A stretch of DNA of 64,000 nucleotides from an uncultured bacterium (GTDB lineage Bacteria; Actinomycetota; Acidimicrobiia; Spongiisociales; UBA4744): the NCBI GenBank assembly GCA_963827865.1, contig CAWHCO010000004.1, positions 388,686 through 452,685 on the forward strand, written 5' to 3'. Positions 1-8,176 of the stretch are shown here, piece by piece. Made by a program: the position numbers and the translations under genes. The notes below the pieces were generated by a model. It had not been told where the DNA came from. It saw only the letters and a list, made by a program, of their open reading frames with translations, and searched no databases. Each line of letters opens with the position of its first letter. Position 1 is the first letter of the stretch.

Positions 1-1185
1 CAACCGAGCGGCCGCGATATCGAGGTCCGCCGCGGCTGCGTCGGACAGGCCGGCGAGCCGGTAGCAGGACGCCCTGGCCAGCCGCAGCTTGCCCTCCAGC
101 ATTGGATCGTCGGCACGCGATTCCGCAAACGCTCGCAGCGCACCATCAACGAGGGGATGTGCCTCGGCGTAGTGTCCCCGATCCGTTTGTGCGAGACCGG
201 CGCGGGCCAGCAAACCGAGGGCATCATCCCAGCGGGCGGCATCCAGGTAGTAGGCCCCGACCAGGCCCGGATTCGTATACGCGAGGCCCTGGGAGGACAG
301 CACCTCGCCGAGCGTGCCGGCAAGGGCGGCGCGACGTGCGGGACCGAAGTGGCTGGTGAGCCGTTTCTCGCCCGTGAATCCCTCAACCGACTGTCGCACG
401 ATCTCCTGCGTGGATAGCCGCTCCCCTATCTCGAGCGCCCGATCTTCGTCGATGCCTAGTGCGGCCGCGACGGCCGCAACCGTGAGGGGGCGTCGCGCGA
501 CAGCGGCGAGTTCGGCAAACCGACGCTCATCTCGGCCGAGTCCGGCCACACGTTCGGCGAGTGTGCTACCACTCGGCGCAGGCACACCCGTCGCAACCAG
601 CCTTTCCCCCTCCTGTCTGAGCGCTCCTGATGCCTGCCACGCCTCGAGTGTGGTCGCCACATCGGCGGCGAGCCCACCCGTCGTCTGGATGATCGCATCC
701 GCAACCTCCGGGTCGACGATCGACCCCAGATCTGCTTGGCGAAGGGGATCGAGTGATAGGTGCCAGACGTGGCCGAGGCGGTCGACCGCCTCGGCGAGGG
801 CGTCATGAGCGAACCGGCGGTACCCATCGATCTCCGCGTGGACCAGCACCACGACCATTCCCTGGTCCGCGGCTGCCATGCGACTTCGCAGCATCGCCAG
901 CGAAGTCGCGTCGACCCATTGGGCATCGTCGACGAGGAAAGCCTGGGCCGGTCCGAGCGACGCTGCAACCGATCCGGGTTCGGTCTCAGACATCTCGAAG
1001 GCAGCCGCTCTTTCGACGGTGAAGCCATCCGTCTCGAGCTGCCGCTCGAACTCGTCGAGGAGCCGTGAGCGACCACTCCCAGGGGGGCCGGTGATCGAAA
1101 TGAGGGCAACCTTGCCCTGTTCCGCGAGTTGCTCTCCATCGCGGAGAGCCTGGATGTGGGGGGACCGTCCCAGCAGTGCGTTCAC
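1..1185 (-). CDS. Large ATP-binding transcriptional regulator, MalT/LuxR-type STAND ATPase N-terminal region with a TPR-like helical region. GTG start at 1185; the 3' end lies beyond the window start.
   Basis: Hand translation of the reverse strand in a frame absent from the ORF track: VNALLGRSPHIQALRDGEQLAEQGKVALISITGPPGSGRSRLLDEFERQLETDGF...LVDDAQWVDATSLAML.... It carries a degenerate P-loop followed by a long Ala/Leu-rich helical repeat region, with no stop through position 1. Track ORF 456..1139 is a Ser/Arg-rich wrong frame of the same DNA. Confidence 0.55.
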   Translation of the reverse strand, partial: MNALLGRSPHIQALRDGEQLAEQGKVALISITGPPGSGRSRLLDEFERQLETDGFTVERAAAFEMSETEPGSVAASLGPAQAFLVDDAQWVDATSLAMLRSRMAAADQGMVVVLVHAEIDGYRRFAHDALAEAVDRLGHVWHLSLDPLRQADLGSIVDPEVADAIIQTTGGLAADVATTLEAWQASGALRQEGERLVATGVPAPSGSTLAERVAGLGRDERRFAELAAVARRPLTVAAVAAALGIDEDRALEIGERLSTQEIVRQSVEGFTGEKRLTSHFGPARRAALAGTLGEVLSSQGLAYTNPGLVGAYYLDAARWDDALGLLARAGLAQTDRGHYAEAHPLVDGALRAFAESRADDPMLEGKLRLARASCYRLAGLSDAAAADLDIAAARL

Positions 1186-1325
1186 CCGCTCACCCTACGG
1201 GATGCAATCGCGTTCGGGGCTGGAAAGCCGCATGATTCCTGGCTCGCTGCGCGAGGGGACTGCGAGATATCTCACGAGAGAATGCGCGAGAAAACGAGCC
1301 CCTGAACTTGCGCTATCCAGCAGCC

Positions 1326-1414
1326 GAGGACGGAGGGGGCGGTTCCCGTTTCCTCCCCCAGGCAGCCCGACGTTGGGGGAGGTGGACTCGGCCAAAGGCA
1401 GAGGACGGAGGGGG
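1326..1414. repeat. Two direct copies of GAGGACGGAGGGGG (1326-1339 and 1401-1414) flanking a 9-bp-stem hairpin CCTCCCCCA-N13-TGGGGGAGG (1352-1382).
   Basis: Read directly from the sequence. They lie in the intergenic region between the ALDH 3' end and the regulator start at 1185. Confidence 0.4.
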
Positions 1415-1463
1415 TCGCTCCCAGCAACGTAGCTCGACCCAGAGCCTCGCGCAGCGAGCGTGG

Positions 1464-2984
1464 CTACCCGAACTCGATACCTTGTGCCAGGGGCAGCTCG
1501 CCCGACCAGTTGATCGTCGTGGTCTGACGGCGCATGTATGCCTTCCAGGCGTCGGATCCTGCCTCACGGCCCCCGCCGGTCTCCTTCTCGCCGCCGAACG
1601 CCCCGCCGATCTCGGCACCCGATGTCCCGATGTTGACGTTCGCGATACCACAGTCCGACCCCTCGTGAGAGAGGAACGTCTCTGCGCTGGACAGTGAGTC
1701 GGTGAAGATCGCCGACGACAATCCCTGCCGTACCCCGTTCTGGACCTCGATCGCCTCTCCTACCGAAGAGACCGGAATCACGTAGAGAAGCGGAGCGAAG
1801 GTCTCCTCTTGGAGGATTCCTGCGTCCTTGGGCATCTTCATGATCGTCGGTTCGACGAAGCTGGTCCCGAGATCCTCACGGCGCCCACCGCCATACAGCA
1901 GCTCACCACCCTGAGTCTTCGCCAGATCGATCGCGGTCAGCATGTTGTGGACCGCCACCTCGTCGACCAACGGTCCCATCAGCACGCCTGGCTCGATCGG
2001 ATTGCCGATGCTGACCTGCCCATAGGCGGCAACCATCCGCTTGGCGACCTCGTCGACAACGTCCTCGTGAACGATCAGCCGTCGCAGTGACGTACACCGC
2101 TGTCCTGCGGTCCCGACGGCTGCGAACAGCGCTGCGCGGGTGGCCAGGTCCAGGTTGGCGTCATCCATGACGATCATCGCGTTGTTTCCGCCGAGTTCGA
2201 GCAGCGATCGGCCCAGCCGCTTCGCGACACCTACGCCGACCTTGTACCCCATGTCACAGGAACCGGTGGCGGAGACGAGCGGTACGCGGTGGTCGTTCAC
2301 CATCAGGTCTCCAACGTCTGCCCCACTGCCGAACGCCAGGTTGAAGACTCCTTCGAACCCACTCCTTTCCATCACGGAGTGCGAAATGTTCGTGACGGCG
2401 ATCGCGGTGAGAGGAGTGGAACTGGATGGCTTCCACACATTGGTGTCGCCGCAAACTGCGGCGATCATCGAGTTCCATGACCAGACGGCGGTTGGGAAGT
2501 TGAAGGAGGTGATGATCCCGACCGGTCCGAGGGGATGCCACTGCTCATACATCCGATGCCGCGGACGTTCCGAGACCATCGTGACCCCATACAGCTGGCG
2601 TGACAGGCCCACGGCGAAGTCGGCGATGTCGATCATCTCCTGGACCTCGCCCTCGCCTTCGGGGAGGATCTTGCCCATCTCCAACGTCACGAGCGCGGCC
2701 AGTGCAGCCTTCTTCTCACGCAGCGCGTCTCCAAGTGCGCGTACATAGGCACCACGCTGGGGAGCGGGCACCATCTGCCAGCGCCGGAACGTCTCCACCG
2801 AGTCTGCGATGACGGCTTCGTAGTCTCCCGCCGACGCTCGAACCACCTTCGCGATGACCTCTCCCGTCGCAGGGTTGACCGACTCGAGAACCTTCCCGTG
2901 GGCCTCTCGCCAGCCACTCGCATAGACGCCCGAGTTGACGTCGGATAGGCCCAGTTCCTCGAGGACTTCCTGCATGCCACTCAC
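1464..2984 (-). CDS. Aldehyde dehydrogenase, ALDH7/antiquitin-type (alpha-aminoadipic semialdehyde / piperideine-6-carboxylate dehydrogenase).
   Basis: 506-aa ORF with ALDH motifs (ELGGNNAMIV, FGTAGQRCTS) and an ALDH7-type C-terminus ...SDAWKAYMRRQTTTINWSGELPLAQGI. Confidence 0.85.
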   Translation of the reverse strand: MSGMQEVLEELGLSDVNSGVYASGWREAHGKVLESVNPATGEVIAKVVRASAGDYEAVIADSVETFRRWQMVPAPQRGAYVRALGDALREKKAALAALVTLEMGKILPEGEGEVQEMIDIADFAVGLSRQLYGVTMVSERPRHRMYEQWHPLGPVGIITSFNFPTAVWSWNSMIAAVCGDTNVWKPSSSTPLTAIAVTNISHSVMERSGFEGVFNLAFGSGADVGDLMVNDHRVPLVSATGSCDMGYKVGVGVAKRLGRSLLELGGNNAMIVMDDANLDLATRAALFAAVGTAGQRCTSLRRLIVHEDVVDEVAKRMVAAYGQVSIGNPIEPGVLMGPLVDEVAVHNMLTAIDLAKTQGGELLYGGGRREDLGTSFVEPTIMKMPKDAGILQEETFAPLLYVIPVSSVGEAIEVQNGVRQGLSSAIFTDSLSSAETFLSHEGSDCGIANVNIGTSGAEIGGAFGGEKETGGGREAGSDAWKAYMRRQTTTINWSGELPLAQGIEFG

Positions 2985-3364
2985 CCCCTACTCGCAATCG
3001 TCTCGATCTCGACGAGGAAACCGCCCGGCAGGGCGGATACTTCGACGGTCGATCTCGCCGGCGGCTCAGATCCGAATCGAGAGCCGTACACCTCGTTGAC
3101 AACGGGGAAGTCGACCATGTTTCGCAAGAAGATGGTGGTCTTCACGACACTCTCGAACCCCAGACCCGCGTCACCGAGGATCGCGCCGATGTTCGTCATG
3201 ATGCGGTCGGCCTGTGCCGCCACGTCACCCGTTTCTCGCTCGCCCGTTGCCGGGTCGATGGCGACCTGCCCGGAGATGAACACCAGGCCGGCTGCTTCCA
3301 CCGCTACCGAGTAGGGACCGAGTGCCTTCGGCGCGCTCGGGGTGCTGAGCACTTCTTTCGACAT
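2981..3364 (-). CDS. RidA/YjgF family reactive-intermediate deaminase.
   Basis: 127 aa: ...KALGPYSVAVEAAGLVFISGQVAIDP...STVEVSALPGGFLVEIE. The ATGA overlap with the ALDH start suggests translational coupling. Confidence 0.85.
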   Translation of the reverse strand: MSKEVLSTPSAPKALGPYSVAVEAAGLVFISGQVAIDPATGERETGDVAAQADRIMTNIGAILGDAGLGFESVVKTTIFLRNMVDFPVVNEVYGSRFGSEPPARSTVEVSALPGGFLVEIETIASRG

Positions 3365-3424
3365 CGCTGCTCCTCGTTCTGCTGCGCACTCAGGCTACCC
3401 GGCGGGCAAGTTTCGCCCGTCGGT

Positions 3425-3737
3425 CTGCGCTCGCAGTCTTCAGTCTTCAGTCGTCAGTCTTCAGTCTTCAGTCATGAGTAAGAACGCGACTGAGAACAAC
3501 ACGGGACCTCGGGGCGAGTGTCCTACCGAGAACCGAAGACGGCTCGCGGAGCGGACCCGGCTGTGTGTCATCCGGTCAGTGGGCGTCTCGCTGCGCTCGC
3601 TGTCTTCAGTCGCGAGTCGTCAGTCTTCAGTCTTCAGTCATGAATAAGAACGCGACCCAGAACAGCACGGGACCTCGGGGCGAGTGTCCTATCGAGAACC
3701 GACAACCGAGAACCGAAAACGGCCCGCGAGGCCTAGT
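3425..3737. repeat. Tandem duplication (166-bp period) of a non-coding element: TTCAGTC-type heptamer microsatellite, then a conserved core ...GGGACCTCGGGGCGAGTGTCCTACCGAGAACCGA....
   Basis: Unit 1 is 3425-3590 and unit 2 is 3591-3737; both begin CTGCGCTCGC. The units are about 90% identical. The core recurs at 39.7, 48.3-48.6 and 54.9 kb. Confidence 0.8.
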
Positions 3738-4089
3738 TGAAGCTGTTGCCGCAGCCGCAGGAGCTGGTCACGTTCGGGTTCTGGATGGCGAACCCGGCGC
3801 CCATCAGGTCGCTCTTGTAGTCGAGGGTCGAGCCCCTGACCATGGTCAACGACTCCGGATCGACGACGACCTTCACGTCGTCGCCGAACGCTTCGACGAC
3901 ATCGTCGCCGTTGATCTGCGTGTCGAAATACATCTCGTACGAGAACCCCGAGCATCCGCCGGGGCGAACGCCGAACCGAAGCACCAGAGACGGATCCCCT
4001 TCCGCCTGAACGAGCTCTCGCACCTTGGCGATAGCGGTGTCGGTCAAGGTCACCGCCCGCATTGCGGACTTGATCTCGAGAAACTGCAT
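3733..4089 (-). CDS. A-type Fe-S cluster carrier (IscA/SufA/ErpA family).
   Basis: C-terminal ...FGVRPGGCSGFSYEMYFD...SSCGCGNSFN with the three conserved Cys. Start is at MQFLEIK (4089) or the internal MRAVTLTD (4062). The track ORF extends upstream in junk frame. Confidence 0.8.
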   Translation of the reverse strand: MQFLEIKSAMRAVTLTDTAIAKVRELVQAEGDPSLVLRFGVRPGGCSGFSYEMYFDTQINGDDVVEAFGDDVKVVVDPESLTMVRGSTLDYKSDLMGAGFAIQNPNVTSSCGCGNSFN

Positions 4090-4180
4090 ACGACTGCTCC
4101 TTTCGGCGAACGACAGAATACTCGGTCGCAGCCAATAAACACCGTCGACGTAGTGGAAATACGTATCTACGCTCGCGTCT

Positions 4181-5314
4181 GTGAACAAAGACCACATCAT
4201 GACGGCCCTCAAGGGCGTGCTGGATCCCGAACTCGGAAGCGACATCGTGGACCTTGGAATGGTCCAGTCGGTGTCGCTCTCTCCGGATGGGTCGGTAACG
4301 GTCGGTGTGGCCCTGACGGTCGCGGCCTGCCCAATGCGCGACAGGATCGAAGACGATGTCATCAGGAAGGTCTCGGCCCTCGATGGTGTGACGTCGGTGA
4401 ACGTGGAGACGCGGACCATGGATGCCGAGCAGCGTTCCGCGTTGATGAGCGTCGCGCGACAGCAGGCCCGCGAACACGCCGAGCCGACTTCGGTGAACCC
4501 CCTCACACGCGTTGTCGCCGTCGGCAGCGGCAAAGGTGGGGTCGGCAAGTCATCGGTCAGCGTGAATCTGGCGTTCTCCCTCGCCGATCTGGGGCATCGC
4601 GTCGGGCTGCTCGACGCGGACATCTGGGGGTTCTCGATCCCCAGGCTCGTCGGTACGGAGGAACGACTCACCGCACGCGACGATCGCATGATCGTTCCGG
4701 CAGACATCGGCGGCATCCAGGTCGTCTCGACGGGACTGATCGTCGAGTCGGAGGACACGGCGCTCATGTGGCGGGGACTGATGTTGTCGAAAGCACTCGA
4801 GCAATTCCTGCGCCAAGTGTCGTGGAGTGCCGACCTCGACTACCTGATCATCGACCTTCCCCCTGGCACCGGAGACGTCCAGATGGCACTCTCGAGGTTG
4901 GCACCGCAGGCCGAGCTGGTAGTGGTGACCACTCCCCAGATGGCCGCCCAGAAGGTCGCTGCCCGAGTCGCCGACATGGCTCGGCGTTCATTCCTGCCGG
5001 TGCTGGGAGTGATAGAGAACATGGCGGGCTTCACATGCGAGCACGGAACCACCTACCACCTGTTCGGTGAGGGCGGAGGTACTCGCCTCGCAGGAGACCT
5101 GGGTATCCCTCTGCTAGGGCGGATACCGCTCGACCCGCACGTCGTTTCCGACGGCGATGCTGGGTCACCCATCGTTCGGTCCCATCCGGAAACGGCCACT
5201 GCGACCGCCTTCAAGGATGTCGCGGCGCGCCTGATCGACGCGCTTCCTCCTGCAGGCCAAGAGACATGCACCGGCCGCCTCGCCCGGATCCTGAACGACG
5301 TCGCACCGAACTAG
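4181..5314 (+). CDS. mrp: Mrp/ApbC/NBP35-family Fe-S cluster carrier ATPase with N-terminal MIP18/DUF59 domain.
   Basis: Walker A VVAVGSGKGGVGKSSVSVNLA, CxxC in ...GFTCEHG..., DUF59-like N-terminus (LDPELGSDIVDLGMV). Alternative start at MTALKG (4199). Confidence 0.9.
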   Translation: MNKDHIMTALKGVLDPELGSDIVDLGMVQSVSLSPDGSVTVGVALTVAACPMRDRIEDDVIRKVSALDGVTSVNVETRTMDAEQRSALMSVARQQAREHAEPTSVNPLTRVVAVGSGKGGVGKSSVSVNLAFSLADLGHRVGLLDADIWGFSIPRLVGTEERLTARDDRMIVPADIGGIQVVSTGLIVESEDTALMWRGLMLSKALEQFLRQVSWSADLDYLIIDLPPGTGDVQMALSRLAPQAELVVVTTPQMAAQKVAARVADMARRSFLPVLGVIENMAGFTCEHGTTYHLFGEGGGTRLAGDLGIPLLGRIPLDPHVVSDGDAGSPIVRSHPETATATAFKDVAARLIDALPPAGQETCTGRLARILNDVAPN

Positions 5315-5430
5315 TCACTCGGGGTCAACTCACAACAGGCCGGTACTCCTGGGCCACCTTCGTCGATACTTACGGCACGGAACGTGCCTGGACGCTGGGA
5401 GGCTGACCGCACGAAGCGCTGGGAGCAATG

Positions 5431-5452
5431 AGGGCCGGTGACCACCGGCCCT
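5431..5452. terminator. Perfect 9-bp GC hairpin AGGGCCGGT-GACC-ACCGGCCCT between convergent mrp and the M23 gene.
   Basis: Palindrome read from the sequence, 6 nt past the M23 stop. Confidence 0.5.
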
Positions 5453-5457
5453 CGACC

Positions 5458-6660
5458 TTATCCGCAGAGGCTCTTCACCAACGTGTACGGATCGACCGCA
5501 GGCCCAAGGCCAGGGTGGTACTCGAAGTGGAGATGCGGAAGCCAATCCGGTGCGTTGCCCGACGTTCCCACGTATCCGATCAGCTCGCCTGCATCGACAT
5601 GCTGACCCTTGGCGAGGCCGTCCGCCCATGCCTCGAGATGCGCGTAGTAGTACGAGTCCCCCGAATCGGAATGCAGCCAGATGGTGGTGCCCCCGAGACC
5701 GCCCTCCTTGAGTTGATAGATCGTCCCCGACTCGATCGCCACGACATGTGTCCATCGCTCGGCCATCATGTCCACCCCCTCGTGCGTGCGTCCACCCGAC
5801 CGGGGAGCGCCGAACGTGTCCGAGAAGCTGGTGAACCCGTCGATCGGGCACGCCTGCCCGCCTGCCGGCTGGGGCGGGATCGTGGCGGTCGTGGTCGTGG
5901 TCGTCGTGGTTTCGTCCGTGGTAGTCGTCTCAGCGGCGATCGTGGTGGTGGTCACATCAGCGGCCGCTGTGGTGGTGGTCCGTCTGGTGGCGGTCGTGGT
6001 GGTCGGCGTCGTGGTGGTTGTCGAGGTTGCGGCGGCAGCCTTGCGGGCTGCTTCCTCTTCCGCAGCCTTGCGGGCGGCCTCGGTCTCTGCCAGCTGGCGA
6101 GCACGCGCCTCCTTCAGCGCATCGTATGCCGCCTGGGCGGGACCCATCTGTTGGAGGACCTGATCGGCGAGGGACTGCATGTCGCTTGTGACACGATCCT
6201 GTTCGATACGAGCAGCCTCGAGGTCGTCGAGCTGGCGCTGGTATGACTGGCGCAGGGTCGCAAGATCGTTGACGAGCTGCTGGTCCGCCGCGGCCGTCTC
6301 TTCCAGGTAGCCGATGCCGGCGCCCGGTCCTCCGCTGAGCACGTACGCCGTGAAGATCTCGGAGCCGGTCGCGTTCATGTACATCTCGACGGCGCGGTCC
6401 TGCACCCGGTGTTCTGCGATCCCGATGTCCACTTGAGACGTTGCCACGAGATCCGTGAGCGACTGGATCTGGTCGGCCAGCAGCTCGGACTTGGCCCATG
6501 CATCCTCGTACTGCGCAACGAGTGCGTCGGATTGCTGTCTGAGCTGCTCCAACTGCCGGGCGGCACTGTCGACGTCGTCCTGGCTCACTTCCGCGAAGGC
6601 GGGCGCTGCGAGCGCGAGGATCAGAGCGAGGACCGCGCCGGACCTGAGCAGTCCCTTCAT
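5458..6660 (-). CDS. Secreted M23 family metallopeptidase with N-terminal coiled-coil region and Thr-rich linker (EnvC/RipA-like).
   Basis: Signal peptide MKGLLRSGAVLALILALAAPAFA, long coiled-coil, a poly-Thr stretch, and a C-terminal M23 domain (HEGVDM...YYYAHL...GYVGTSGN...HLHFEY). The track ORF is over-extended upstream. Confidence 0.85.
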   Translation of the reverse strand: MKGLLRSGAVLALILALAAPAFAEVSQDDVDSAARQLEQLRQQSDALVAQYEDAWAKSELLADQIQSLTDLVATSQVDIGIAEHRVQDRAVEMYMNATGSEIFTAYVLSGGPGAGIGYLEETAAADQQLVNDLATLRQSYQRQLDDLEAARIEQDRVTSDMQSLADQVLQQMGPAQAAYDALKEARARQLAETEAARKAAEEEAARKAAAATSTTTTTPTTTTATRRTTTTAAADVTTTTIAAETTTTDETTTTTTTTATIPPQPAGGQACPIDGFTSFSDTFGAPRSGGRTHEGVDMMAERWTHVVAIESGTIYQLKEGGLGGTTIWLHSDSGDSYYYAHLEAWADGLAKGQHVDAGELIGYVGTSGNAPDWLPHLHFEYHPGLGPAVDPYTLVKSLCG

Positions 6661-7415
6661 ACGACGGTCACCTCGCCTCCGTCGACGTGCACAATGCCCT
6701 CCCCGGCCAGCTTGTCGAGGTGGGCACGAACGGCGATGGTTGCCAGCGGGTGCAGTGTCGGGTCCACCTGCGCGTACACGATCGAGACGATAGCGTCGAC
6801 GCTCGTGGCACCAGACCGGACCACTTCGAGAATCTGCCGCTCGCGTTCGAGCCGGTGCCTGATGTACTCCGCGATCACCGCGGCCGGGCCGTGCTCCGCG
6901 GGGCCGTGACCGGGGTACAGCACTTCGAGCGTGAGCTGCTGGATCCTTTTCAGCGAAGCCATGTATGCGGCCATGTCCTCCACAAAGACTGACGAGCCTC
7001 CCATGATGTGGTCGCCCGTGAACAGCGCCGACCCCGCGAGGTAGCAAAGGTGATCCGCGCTATGTCCCGGCGTTGCCACGGCTCGCACTGCTGCACCCCC
7101 GAACTCGACGATGTCATTGTCGGTCAGAATCCGATCCGGCTTGAACTCCGGACCGGGCCCGTGGCCTCCGGTCGGTACTTCGAGGAGCTCGGCGAGCGGG
7201 TTCGCGCCGGGTGCGTGGTCCTCGTGGGTATGGGTGACGATGATCATCTTCGGAGTGAACGGCTGGACTGCGGCACCGATCACCTGAAGGTGGCGCTCGT
7301 CGTTCGGTCCGGGGTCGATGATGATCGCTTCACCGTCCGAATCGAGCACGTAGGTGTTCGTTCCTTCCCCTGTGAAGGGACCGGGGTTCGGCGCGAGTAC
7401 TCGCCGCACGTTCAC
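6657..7415 (-). CDS. MBL-fold metallo-hydrolase.
   Basis: GTG start overlapping the NUDIX stop (GTGA). THTHEDH and PGHSADH motifs. Its stop overlaps the M23 ATG (ATGA). Confidence 0.8.
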   Translation of the reverse strand: MNVRRVLAPNPGPFTGEGTNTYVLDSDGEAIIIDPGPNDERHLQVIGAAVQPFTPKMIIVTHTHEDHAPGANPLAELLEVPTGGHGPGPEFKPDRILTDNDIVEFGGAAVRAVATPGHSADHLCYLAGSALFTGDHIMGGSSVFVEDMAAYMASLKRIQQLTLEVLYPGHGPAEHGPAAVIAEYIRHRLERERQILEVVRSGATSVDAIVSIVYAQVDPTLHPLATIAVRAHLDKLAGEGIVHVDGGEVTVV

Positions 7416-8119
7416 GTGTCGGCCTCCTCGTAGCCGGCGTCGCCGGGCATCAGGATCTTCAGTGTTCCTCCCTGCTGGACGACTCGGGGTTCGATACGGG
7501 AAATGGACGTCTGGGAATGCGCGAACGAGAGGACCGCCTCGGTCTCGTCGAATCCTGCGAGTGTCCTCAGCGTTGCGAGTGTCGGTCGCACAAGCATCCA
7601 CTCGCCTCGTGACCAGTGGTCCAGAGCGTCGCTTGGCGTCACCCAGACTGTCTCGGTCACCTCGGCTGCGTCGGGTGACGCCCGTGTCTGTTCCGGGGCA
7701 TCGGTCACGAAGAACTTCGTGTCGAAACGTCTCGGTTGACCCTTCAGTGTGACCCAGTTCGACAGATAGGCGAATCGTGAGGGATCGAACACGTAGCCCG
7801 CATCGTCGAGGGCATGAAGAAGCTCCATGCCGTGTGCCCTGCTCGGGGTCTCGATCTGCCCGGTCGGGACGACGAGACCGGCCTCTTCGGCGGTTTCTCT
7901 GACGGCCGCGGACAACCACGGTGAGATCGGATCGTCCCCGAACAGCTTGCGTGCGGTTTCGCTCCGATCGACTGCGTCGAGTGCGCCCCCCGGGAACACA
8001 TGTGCGCCTCCTACGAACACCGATGACGCCGCTCGTCTGACCATAAGAACCTCGAGCCCGCCCGCGCTAGGTCTCACGACACAGACCGTTGAGGCGTCAC
8101 GAATCGGCTGGTCGTCCAT
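7412..8119 (-). CDS. NUDIX hydrolase.
   Basis: Nudix box GGALDAVDRSETARKLFGDDPISPWLSAAVRETAEEAGL. Start chosen at MDDQP (8119), because the track start at 8209 would overlap the divergent selA start. Confidence 0.75.
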   Translation of the reverse strand: MDDQPIRDASTVCVVRPSAGGLEVLMVRRAASSVFVGGAHVFPGGALDAVDRSETARKLFGDDPISPWLSAAVRETAEEAGLVVPTGQIETPSRAHGMELLHALDDAGYVFDPSRFAYLSNWVTLKGQPRRFDTKFFVTDAPEQTRASPDAAEVTETVWVTPSDALDHWSRGEWMLVRPTLATLRTLAGFDETEAVLSFAHSQTSISRIEPRVVQQGGTLKILMPGDAGYEEADT

Positions 8120-8176
8120 ACCGGAAGGGTACGCCGCCTTGACGCGGTAGCTCCCGCGAAAACTACGCTTCACGCC

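Noticed and set aside
456-1139. 227-aa reverse-strand ORF (MESNSRNRARLPSF...)
   Set aside because: It is a Ser/Arg-rich wrong frame of the ATPase regulator gene. The adjacent frame gives a coherent P-loop/TPR protein.
3565-5070. 501-aa plus-strand track ORF spanning the iscA/mrp region
   Set aside because: It is Arg/Gly/Pro-rich with no domain signal. It lies antisense to the iscA gene and out of frame with mrp, so it is a typical high-GC artefact.
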